This document shows, one piece after another, positions 8,940 to 17,590 of a stretch of DNA of 57,677 bases; position 1 is the stretch's first letter; each line of letters starts with the position of its first letter. The stretch lies in assembly GCA_964614955.1 (NCBI GenBank), contig CAZTNR010000002.1, positions 1 to 57,677 on the forward strand, in the 5' to 3' direction. The translations under genes were made by a program, and so were the position numbers. Under the pieces are notes generated by a model. That model worked only from the letters and a program-made list of their open reading frames with translations. It was not told the origin of the DNA and ran no database searches. The stretch is from an uncultured Oscillospiraceae bacterium (GTDB taxonomy: Bacteria; Bacillota; Clostridia; Oscillospirales; CAG-382).

Positions 8940-9473
8940 GACGGCACAGGTACTGATAAGTTCTATCAGGATGAGCTTATTGACGAGGATATTACACTTG
9001 GAGAATGGTCTACAATCGTTGTATCACAGGACGATATTCACGATTCCCTCACTGTTAGTGCCGGTACATATGACCATACACTCAACACCTATGCAAACTA
9101 CATCTTCCTTTATGATGCTCTTGCTTCCGGTGAAGTCGTAGGTATCGATAACCTTACACTTTGGTGGATTCCTGCGGAAATCACACATAAGGTTACTCAT
9201 ACATCCTATGACGGCGGTCTTGAAATTGCTGAAGCTGATACAGTAATCGGTGGCGGTATCAAGACGGTTGATGAAATAGCTATTACCCTTAATGAAGATC
9301 CTAAGTTTAACTCCGCAGGCTACTATCTTGATAAGATTATCCTTGACGGCGTTGAATATTCGGGTTCCGATAAGGTTGTCCTTACATCGGCTAAGACATT
9401 TACTGTCGTATGGGATAAGCTTAACCTTCTCGAATACGGTGTTGAATTCAACACTGTTGAAGACTATAATGCC

Positions 9474-12400
9474 ATGGCTACGAACAACGGTATTCGTTCT
9501 CCGGGTAAGAGCCATGCTTATTATGGAACTGGTGATTACAGCTTTGTTGAATGGAATGAAGATGATGGTTATGTAACAATCAACGTTGATGCTTCAGATG
9601 CTGCAAAGACAGCGGCAACAGAAAACGGGTACAGCTATGCGTTTGTTCATGACCACGGCTTTTACGTTCCTTCAATCAGAGAAGGCGACCTTGGTGTGAC
9701 TGTTCCCGCAGGCTCATTTGAAAAGTTTGAAATACGACTCAGATATCACATCAACCTTGCTGAGGCTGACTACAGTTCAAATCTTACATACTACAATGTA
9801 AACGCAAGTAACACTCAGACCTTTGATGCAGCAAGCTTCAGAGCTCCTTCTTATCTTTATATGAAGATAGGCAGTGCCGGTTGGGCTGATAAGGGTAGTG
9901 ATTTCGCAAAAAAGAGCGTTTCTGCGATTCAGGACCAGTGGATTACATTAACTTTTGATGCTTCCACATATGGCTTTGATACACAGGCTCTTACAGCACT
10001 CAGATACGACTATAACCTTCCCGACGGTTCTACAATCGATATCGACTACATCCGTTTCATCGGCGAGCCTCTTCCCAATGTAATCATTGATATGGACGGC
10101 GTGACAAAGAATCTCGGCTACAAGTACGATGAAACTACAACAGTCGGTGATATCCTTTCCAAGATTGATTATGTCGGCAATGAAACAGTTGTAGGACTTG
10201 CTTCCACCGAAGGCGGTGCAGCACTTGCTGAGGACACATTTATCAGCTCTCTCGGCACAGACGATGTTACTCTTTATGCTGTTTACAAAGCCAATCCTTT
10301 TATAGGAGATTATGGCGAATTAGTTTTCAATTTTGATTTCGATTCAGCTTCCGAAGGTGTATATTCATATATTACTAGTGGCGGAACCTACAATTCAATT
10401 TCTGAGTTAGGTGGCACAGCTAACAGTAATTTTAACGTTGAAAATATATATTTTGTTCAATACGGTAATGGTACTGATGCATCTACTTATACTATTGTTA
10501 AGGAAAATGACGGCAATCAGTATCTTGAAATAGATTTGTCATGTGATGCAATATATAATTCCCCGACTTACGCAGTAAGACATAAAACCGATGTCGGTTT
10601 TACGGATGTTTCACGTTATGAAAACGGTTCCCTTGTTGTCACATATGATGTTTTAGCCGATACTTCAAACCCTGATTCTTCAGCATTTAAGGTTGTTTTC
10701 AATGGTGAAAACTTAATTGCAAGAGAACTCGGTGGTACTGCTTGCACATATCCTCAGAAGGGCGAATGGGGTACTGTTGTATCTATGTTCGGTGAAGAAC
10801 AGATTGCTTCAGATAGTAAGAAATTATTTACCGATATAGCTGATGTAACAAGAATTATTTTGCAAAAGCAAAATAAGGAAACAACAAGCGGTATTTACGG
10901 TATTGATAACATTTCCCTTTGGTGGTTGCCTGAAACAGTAGATATTACTGTTGCGGCAGGGGATAACGACAGCGTTAAGGACACAGCATATACAATCTGT
11001 CCTACAGAAACAACTGTCGGCGACCTTATGGATATGGTTTACGGCAACAGAAAGAACATCGTAGGTCTTTCTCTCACAGAAGGCGGCGAGCTTCTCTCTG
11101 AAGACACACTTCTTACATATGCATATCCCACAACACTTTATCCTACCTGGTCTGATATTGCTATTCTTGATGACTACAGTCTTGAATTTGATGAAGCAAC
11201 CTCTATCACAGACACAGACGGTACGGTTAGCTTCTTAAAACTCAGAGATAACACCAATGTAACTTGGAACGAAGACGGCTATATGACAATGCACTTTGAA
11301 GCTGCAGACGGTTATACCGGCGTCTACGATAACTACATCTTGAATAAAAAGATTACTACAGATAACTGCATTAAGCCCGGTGTTGTTAACAAGGTTGCAA
11401 TAAGAGTAAGATTCCACGGCTTGACTGAAGGTTCGTACTTGACATCATATAGCACATCTTCTTACACTTTAAGCTTCTCAGGCTTCAAGTCCTGTCTGCA
11501 TATATTGGATACAACAGGTGCAGGTCCTTTAACTACTAACTGGGCTGAAAAGCTTAACGGTGTTTTTGAGAACGATAAGTGGTATGTATTGTATTTTGAT
11601 GCAGCCGATTGTATGCCCGACGGTGCAGGACAGGTCAGATTTGATACTCCTTATCCTATGCCCGACGGTGCAAGTATGGATCTCGACTACATCCGTTTCC
11701 TTCCCACAAATAAGTATACATTAACTGTTGATAACGGCGATAATACATCCGCTACAGTTGTCACAATGGATGCATATCCCGAAACAACAGCTGCAGAAGT
11801 TATGGCAAAGATCCGTGTTGACGAAGGCGACAAGACGCTTGTTGGTATTTCAAGAACAGCAGGCGGCGAGCTTCTCGCTTCCTCCGAATATATTTGCACA
11901 ACAGGTGATGATACAACAGTTTACGCTGTTTGGGAAGATTATGAATTCCTTGAAGGCTACGGCTATGAATTCAATGACGATGTTCTTCCTTACAGTTCAA
12001 ATATCCAGACAAATAATGCAACCAGAACGCTTTCGGTTCAGGACGGTTATATTACAGTAGATCTTACTGCTCCCGAAGGATACACAGGCGTATGGGATAC
12101 TCAGTTCTATTTGCCCCTCACAACAAACGCCTTCTATAACCCCTCAAAGTATGTTCCTGCAGGTGTTGTAACAAACATTACAGCAAGAATTCGCTTCAGA
12201 GGTACAGGTACTGAAGAACAGAGTTTAACAACTACCCACGACAAATACCCGACAGCTACATTCAACCCGGTAAACCCCAGCAATGTATATATTTACTCGG
12301 GTGCTCCCGGTAATAAGTGGGGTGAAAACCTTAAGTCTTACAATTACAACTACAAATCCTTCACATCCGACGGTATTGTTGATGGTCGTTGGTTTACAGT

Positions 12401-15400
12401 AAATATTCCTACAAATAGCGAAACCATAGATCTCTACAATAACGGTGTAGGCTACTTGAGATTCGACTTCCCGTATCCAATGCCCTCAGGCACAAAGATT
12501 GATGTTGACTTTATCCGTCTTGTCGGCGATAACGATAAACTTCCCGTAGTAGAAGACGGCGAATACGGCACAAAGGTTTGGGAAATTAACTTTGACACAG
12601 CTGCTGCCGGCTCTGTAGCATCAGGTACGGTGGTAAGCGACCTCGGTTCAGTATTCAATCCCGTATTCTTCGGTGCTGACTATGAAGGCGGCACAAAGTT
12701 AAGATACGGCAATGCTACAACAGAACTTGTTGCTGAAGCAGACGGTACAGGTAACTACATCAAGTATACTTCTACTGCTGACGGCACGGGCCCTTATATG
12801 TTCATTGTTAATGATAAACAGCTTCCCTTCGTCAAGGAAGATGGTTACTTCATTATCACTTATGATTTGATTAACGACACAAGCGCTTCTGTACCTCATA
12901 CCTTCAGAATCAATATGAAGGATTTGGTTGAAGACAAGGCTGATAACTTCGAATTTGCCGAAAACGGTGATTGGCAAAAGGTTGTTCTTTACTACGATAA
13001 AGAAATAGGCTCAAAGGCAGATGACGCCGACGGTATTATTACAAGCACCTCCGATATTACAATCGTCAAGTGGCATAACACAAGTTCCACAAAGACAGGC
13101 GAAACAATCTGTATGGATAATATCACACTCTGGTATGTTCCCAAGACTGTTCCCGTAGTTATCGATAACAGTGCAGTAGGACTTGAAAACACAGTCATCG
13201 AAGAATACCCCACTTGCGGTATGACAAACGAAGAGCTTGCCGCCCTTCTTCCTACAGTGGATAACGGTGAGGTTATAGGTCTTTCCAAGTCAGCAGGCGG
13301 TGCTCTTGTATACGAAAACAGATCTCCCGTTTCTCAGATGCTCTACTCTGTATGGGCAATTGATACAATCCTTACGGTTGATATGGGCGATAACACAAAG
13401 CTTTCCGATATGACAATTCAGATTCCCGCAGGTTCATCCGTTACTGTTTCTGATATCGAAGCAAAGTTTATAGACCACGGTGATAAGATTTTCGCAGGTC
13501 TTTCACTCACAGAAGGCGGCGAAAAGCTTTCTTCCACAGCTACAATTTCTGCAACCGAAGACGGTGCAATCACAATCTACGCACTCTGGAACGACTACTA
13601 TACAAACGACTTCTACAGCGTTGAATTCGACCATAAGGGCGAAGGCGTGGCAGACGTTGGTGAATCCCACGTCAATGCAGGTAAGAACTCTGCATACCGC
13701 CTCGATGCCAAGGATGCAAGCGGTAACGCAGCGGCAGGTGATGCGACTGATTCACTCGTCTGGAACGAAGAAGAAGGCTATCTCACAATGAAGTTTGATG
13801 CATCCGGTTATGCAAAGGCTCAGGCTGCTGAAAACGGATACACTGCTATCGTTTGGGACCCCTATATGGAGATCGATACCCTTTATGATGCTACAGGCGA
13901 CGAAACATATCTCCCTGCAGGCAATGCAGACTATGTTGTTATCAGAATGAGATACAGAGGTATGCCCGGTGTCAATACTGCTTATTGGAGAGCAGACACT
14001 GCAAAAGCATACACTTTGAAGCCTGCAGAAGTTTACGCTCCCTACTACTACTACACAACATCCGCAAATGCAGACTTCGGCTCACCTAATGCGGTTAAGT
14101 ATGTATCCTTGGTAGAAGGCAGTGCACACAGAGATAGCTGGTTCACAGTATTTATTCCTGCATCTGAACTCACCATTGACGCAAACAATGTTTACAGATT
14201 CAGACTCGACCCCAATGACGGTATGCCCGACGGCTCTGCTATTGATATTGACTTTATCAGATTTATTCATACAACTGATGAAACCAAAAACTTTGATGCA
14301 CCTGCTTCCATAGAAGACAGAACGGCTATTAGAATTGGTTCTGATGACGATATTACAAAGTACGGTGCCAAGAGAAACGGTGTCAGAGTTCTTGCAAGTA
14401 TCTCAGCTGCAACAGCAACTCCCTCTACAGAATTCGGCTGGATGTTTACAGCTTCTGAAAAGTGGAATAAGTCCGGTACAGACGGTTCAAGAAGCTGGTA
14501 TGAGCTTAAGATGGATCTGTATGATGAAAGCAGTAACTTTATTATGGCCGGTTTCATTAAGAGAAACAGCGAACACGAAGTCGGCTTCTTTGAAAGTGAC
14601 GATGATTTCTTCAAGACCTTTGCAGCAGTTCTTTACAACATTCCCGTAAAGAACTATAAGAGTCCCTTCATCGTAAGACCTTTTGCAAAGCTTGGTAACA
14701 ATTACGCATACGGCGAACCCTTTGAAATCAACTTCCTTGATATTCTCGAAGCGGCTGCCGGCAAAGAAGGTGTTTCTGATGAAGTAGTTGCGTACTACAA
14801 CGAATGTAACTCTGCATACGCTGCTTACCTCAGTGCAAACGCAGACTACAACAGCAGTGAAGTTGTTGCAGCACTCAATACTGTTATGAGCAGTGCTTCT
14901 TCCATCAAGGAAAACCTTATTATTCCTACAAATGATACTGCTCCCACAGTAAGCGGTGACATTGTAACAATGAAGGCTTGGATGGACGGTTCACTCGTTA
15001 CACTCAATGTTTCTACAAAGGATACATATCCTGCAATTATAGATACAAGCACAGGTCTTCTTTCCGATGCTTATAACGAAAAGCCTTGTGTATACTATCT
15101 CAGCGACGGTGTTTACTACATCAGATCTCTCGGCAGATCAGAAAATGCAGGCGGCGACTATAACGGTCTTGAAAAGTCCGATGCTACTGCAATGGAAGCA
15201 AATGTTGACGCAAGTGCTCTCTTCCTTTCAGAAATCGAAGATGTTGCATCACCCTTCCAGAGGCTTCCTATCGACGATGAACTTACAAACGGTAAGGATA
15301 GCTTCTTCCTCGGTGACTTTGCTACAGGTGAATTTGACTTCACATTCCAGAGAGCAAACTCCACAACAAGAATAATTACAACAGGTAAGACAGGCATAAT

Positions 15401-16958
15401 CGGCTCCGACTCAGTGGTTGTTGCAAAGTATAACTTCCCGAACGGCACTACAGAATGGGTATCCTACTCGGTTGACCAGCTTCTCAAGATGGGTCTTGAC
15501 AGCAGCAGCGAGGATATTGCCGACGGTATCGACTTTACAAATCTTACATACGTTGTATCCAATAATACAACATCTGTTGCATCAGGCACGGTTAACCAGA
15601 GAGAATACGAAGACCTCGCAGTTCTCGCAGGTGTTGTTGATGTTCCTGCAACCGTAAATTACACAACAACAAACTTCCTTGCAGCAAAATATAACAAGGT
15701 TATCGTTAAGACAACAAGTGCGACAAGCTATGTAACTGTTAAGTTCACAAGAGCTGACGGCGTTTCCGATTCCATTAAGTACTACGCTTACGGTACAACA
15801 ACCGACGACTATAGAATCTTTGACGTTGACCTTTACGGTATGGCTAAGTACCACAGCACAATTTCAAGCCTTACAGTAACAGCTAACTCCGGCTCCGTAT
15901 CATATGCATACCTTGTTGAAGATCCTGATTACTATTCTTCCTCAGACCTTGCGAATATGAATTCTACAATGATATTCCAGGATATGAACTACGACAACGG
16001 TTTCTATGTAAGAGATATGGATCAGGTGTTGACAAAGTCTGATTGGCAGAACTACAAGTTTGCTTCCAACGGCAATACTCCTCTTTGGATGATTGACCCC
16101 TGGTATTCTTATGACTATAGCGGTACAAAAGCAAACTACGAACTTTATACAAAAGCTTCCGAAACTGCTACATCTCTTAGTGATACAGCAGGTTCAAAGG
16201 TTGTTAAGTTCAACGGCACAAAGACCTCCACATATGCAGACGGCTCGTCTCATACGGGTGATGTTCTTTCGCTTACACTTAATGCAAGAGCAATTTACAA
16301 CGGTATGACACACACTGAAATGCAGTCTGCAGGTATGACATACTGGCCTCACCTTCTCATTGAACAGAACACACAGATTGCTTCCGTTGATACTACAGCA
16401 ACAAGTGCAGGTGCAGATAAGATATTCCTCGAAATGGATATCAAGATGACCGACTATACTGTTGATGTGGATAAATACACCGAAAGCGTAGGTACAAAGC
16501 AGCTTTCATTCCTGCTCTACTCCTACCTCAGACCCAAGGCAAGTCCTAACGACAGAATCTGGTTCGGTGCTTCTCTCTGTAGTGAAGGTGCAACTCAGTA
16601 TCCTACATGGAACAGAGATACAGGTGCTTCCGCATACATCTACTGTATACCTCAGGAAATCGTATACCAGGGTATTGCAAACTCCTTCTATCAGCAGATT
16701 GAAGATAACATTACTGAAAAATCCCTCACAGGTCGCGGCACAGATTCCACAAGTAAGGATTGGGTACACATCAGCCTTGATGTAACACCTTATATCCAGA
16801 CTGCTATCGACTGGGCTAACCGTGAAGACGCATTCGGTCTCGGTGCTCTCACAAGAGATGACTTCTACTTCGACGGTGTGAACATCGGTTTCGAAACACA
16901 CGGTAATATTGACGGTACATTTGAAATTGCAAACTTCAACTTTGTAGCGTATAACTAA
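9474..16958 (+). CDS. Main body of giant surface protein 1, called from the first in-frame ATG; the true coding sequence continues upstream to 8940
   Basis: 2494 aa with no RBS or signal peptide at 9474. Contents, in order: four modules ending IDIDYIRFIG / MDLDYIRFLP / IDVDFIRLVG / IDIDFIRFIH; five Flg_new-like ~70-aa repeats; a GIRF-type ~130-aa domain (14318-14745); and the conserved C-terminal domain (15921-16958: YWPHLLIEQ ... GVNIGFETHGNIDGTFEIANFNFVAYN). Confidence 0.85.
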   Translation: MATNNGIRSPGKSHAYYGTGDYSFVEWNEDDGYVTINVDASDAAKTAATENGYSYAFVHDHGFYVPSIREGDLGVTVPAGSFEKFEIRLRYHINLAEADYSSNLTYYNVNASNTQTFDAASFRAPSYLYMKIGSAGWADKGSDFAKKSVSAIQDQWITLTFDASTYGFDTQALTALRYDYNLPDGSTIDIDYIRFIGEPLPNVIIDMDGVTKNLGYKYDETTTVGDILSKIDYVGNETVVGLASTEGGAALAEDTFISSLGTDDVTLYAVYKANPFIGDYGELVFNFDFDSASEGVYSYITSGGTYNSISELGGTANSNFNVENIYFVQYGNGTDASTYTIVKENDGNQYLEIDLSCDAIYNSPTYAVRHKTDVGFTDVSRYENGSLVVTYDVLADTSNPDSSAFKVVFNGENLIARELGGTACTYPQKGEWGTVVSMFGEEQIASDSKKLFTDIADVTRIILQKQNKETTSGIYGIDNISLWWLPETVDITVAAGDNDSVKDTAYTICPTETTVGDLMDMVYGNRKNIVGLSLTEGGELLSEDTLLTYAYPTTLYPTWSDIAILDDYSLEFDEATSITDTDGTVSFLKLRDNTNVTWNEDGYMTMHFEAADGYTGVYDNYILNKKITTDNCIKPGVVNKVAIRVRFHGLTEGSYLTSYSTSSYTLSFSGFKSCLHILDTTGAGPLTTNWAEKLNGVFENDKWYVLYFDAADCMPDGAGQVRFDTPYPMPDGASMDLDYIRFLPTNKYTLTVDNGDNTSATVVTMDAYPETTAAEVMAKIRVDEGDKTLVGISRTAGGELLASSEYICTTGDDTTVYAVWEDYEFLEGYGYEFNDDVLPYSSNIQTNNATRTLSVQDGYITVDLTAPEGYTGVWDTQFYLPLTTNAFYNPSKYVPAGVVTNITARIRFRGTGTEEQSLTTTHDKYPTATFNPVNPSNVYIYSGAPGNKWGENLKSYNYNYKSFTSDGIVDGRWFTVNIPTNSETIDLYNNGVGYLRFDFPYPMPSGTKIDVDFIRLVGDNDKLPVVEDGEYGTKVWEINFDTAAAGSVASGTVVSDLGSVFNPVFFGADYEGGTKLRYGNATTELVAEADGTGNYIKYTSTADGTGPYMFIVNDKQLPFVKEDGYFIITYDLINDTSASVPHTFRINMKDLVEDKADNFEFAENGDWQKVVLYYDKEIGSKADDADGIITSTSDITIVKWHNTSSTKTGETICMDNITLWYVPKTVPVVIDNSAVGLENTVIEEYPTCGMTNEELAALLPTVDNGEVIGLSKSAGGALVYENRSPVSQMLYSVWAIDTILTVDMGDNTKLSDMTIQIPAGSSVTVSDIEAKFIDHGDKIFAGLSLTEGGEKLSSTATISATEDGAITIYALWNDYYTNDFYSVEFDHKGEGVADVGESHVNAGKNSAYRLDAKDASGNAAAGDATDSLVWNEEEGYLTMKFDASGYAKAQAAENGYTAIVWDPYMEIDTLYDATGDETYLPAGNADYVVIRMRYRGMPGVNTAYWRADTAKAYTLKPAEVYAPYYYYTTSANADFGSPNAVKYVSLVEGSAHRDSWFTVFIPASELTIDANNVYRFRLDPNDGMPDGSAIDIDFIRFIHTTDETKNFDAPASIEDRTAIRIGSDDDITKYGAKRNGVRVLASISAATATPSTEFGWMFTASEKWNKSGTDGSRSWYELKMDLYDESSNFIMAGFIKRNSEHEVGFFESDDDFFKTFAAVLYNIPVKNYKSPFIVRPFAKLGNNYAYGEPFEINFLDILEAAAGKEGVSDEVVAYYNECNSAYAAYLSANADYNSSEVVAALNTVMSSASSIKENLIIPTNDTAPTVSGDIVTMKAWMDGSLVTLNVSTKDTYPAIIDTSTGLLSDAYNEKPCVYYLSDGVYYIRSLGRSENAGGDYNGLEKSDATAMEANVDASALFLSEIEDVASPFQRLPIDDELTNGKDSFFLGDFATGEFDFTFQRANSTTRIITTGKTGIIGSDSVVVAKYNFPNGTTEWVSYSVDQLLKMGLDSSSEDIADGIDFTNLTYVVSNNTTSVASGTVNQREYEDLAVLAGVVDVPATVNYTTTNFLAAKYNKVIVKTTSATSYVTVKFTRADGVSDSIKYYAYGTTTDDYRIFDVDLYGMAKYHSTISSLTVTANSGSVSYAYLVEDPDYYSSSDLANMNSTMIFQDMNYDNGFYVRDMDQVLTKSDWQNYKFASNGNTPLWMIDPWYSYDYSGTKANYELYTKASETATSLSDTAGSKVVKFNGTKTSTYADGSSHTGDVLSLTLNARAIYNGMTHTEMQSAGMTYWPHLLIEQNTQIASVDTTATSAGADKIFLEMDIKMTDYTVDVDKYTESVGTKQLSFLLYSYLRPKASPNDRIWFGASLCSEGATQYPTWNRDTGASAYIYCIPQEIVYQGIANSFYQQIEDNITEKSLTGRGTDSTSKDWVHISLDVTPYIQTAIDWANREDAFGLGALTRDDFYFDGVNIGFETHGNIDGTFEIANFNFVAYN

Positions 16959-16985
16959 AAGTAAATTCCCCGGGCAGGGGAGAAT

Positions 16986-17018
16986 AAGCCGCAGCTGAAA
17001 AGCTGCGGCTTTTGTCTT
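16986..17018 (+). terminator. Intrinsic terminator after giant gene 1
   Basis: AAGCCGCAGC-tgaaaa-GCTGCGGCTT, a 10-bp stem followed by TTTGTCTT. It starts 28 nt after the TAA. Confidence 0.85.
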
Positions 17019-17171
17019 GGTAAATAGTATTGATTTTGATGTATAAATTCTAAGTTGTCATAAATTACGTAAATTTTCAAATGTGAAAAATTTAAAAAGT
17101 GCCTGAAACACCAATGCTGAATTTGTTTGTCCAAAATTATATGTTTTTTATTAATTTTATCCAAAAACGTA

Positions 17172-17200
17172 TTGATTTTTATCAAAACTTATGATAGAAT
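17172..17200 (+). promoter_or_regulatory. Sigma-A type promoter for the second small ORF and giant gene; the -35 is the left half of a TTGAT-N4-ATCAA palindrome
   Basis: TTGATT (17172-17177), a 17-nt spacer ending TGa, then TAGAAT (17195-17200). TTGATttttATCAA spans 17172-17185. Confidence 0.5.
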
Positions 17201-17413
17201 TATAGTGTGAATTTGTATAGGTAGAATTGTACATAAAATTTAAAACATTTATGTAGAAAAGCTTCTCGGGATTGCTTGAAATTGTATAAAGTGCTCCCTT
17301 TCACAGGTAAAAAGTAAGTAGGGAAGACCGTTGGATTTTTGTCATAAATGTCGTTTTGCTGTTTTTGTAAAAAATAAAAAAATATAAATGAATTATCAAA
17401 AGGAGGTAAATCT

Positions 17414-17545
17414 ATGAAACTGAAGTATTTTAGCCCCGAGTTGGAAGTAACTCTCTTGTTGGCTGAAGACATCCTTAATGCAAGTACAGGCACTGACATT
17501 AGCGACGCAGAAGTCGAAATGGATGGTTCAGATCTCTTCGATTAA
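17414..17545 (+). CDS. Small acidic protein (43 aa) conserved upstream of both giant genes
   Basis: The strong RBS AAAAGGAGG lies 7 nt before the ATG. Product MKLKYFSPELEVTLLLAEDILNASTGTDISDAEVEMDGSDLFD, TAA stop. It has a homologue at 8202-8324 in the same relative position. It falls below the track's length cut-off. Confidence 0.6.
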   Translation: MKLKYFSPELEVTLLLAEDILNASTGTDISDAEVEMDGSDLFD

Positions 17546-17590
17546 TACGCACACCCCCTCAAAAAAACATTTTAAAGGAGAAATTTCATT

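Larger units (their letters stand above)
8373..16958 (+). pseudogene. Giant secreted modular surface protein (2861 codons) interrupted by one in-frame TAG at 8937-8939
   Basis: ORFs 8373-8939 and 9474-16958 share a frame. The 534 nt between them have no stop and encode family motifs (GIDNLTLWWIP, a Flg_new-like repeat). The TAG falls mid-module. Only the 5' piece has an RBS and signal peptide (MKKFLSILLAVLMVFSSTVSYA). Confidence 0.6.

Noticed and set aside
9474-9476. ATG 9474 as the genuine start of an independent 2494-aa protein
   Set aside because: It has no RBS and no signal peptide, and it lies in the middle of a repeat unit. The 534 nt upstream are stop-free, in frame and homologous to family modules.
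17200-17499. 99-aa minus-strand ORF (and 8127-8357, 76 aa) in the leaders of the giant genes
   Set aside because: These are AT-rich leader regions with no RBS. They overlap the better-supported plus-strand promoter and the conserved small ORF, and the two are not homologous to each other at the protein level.
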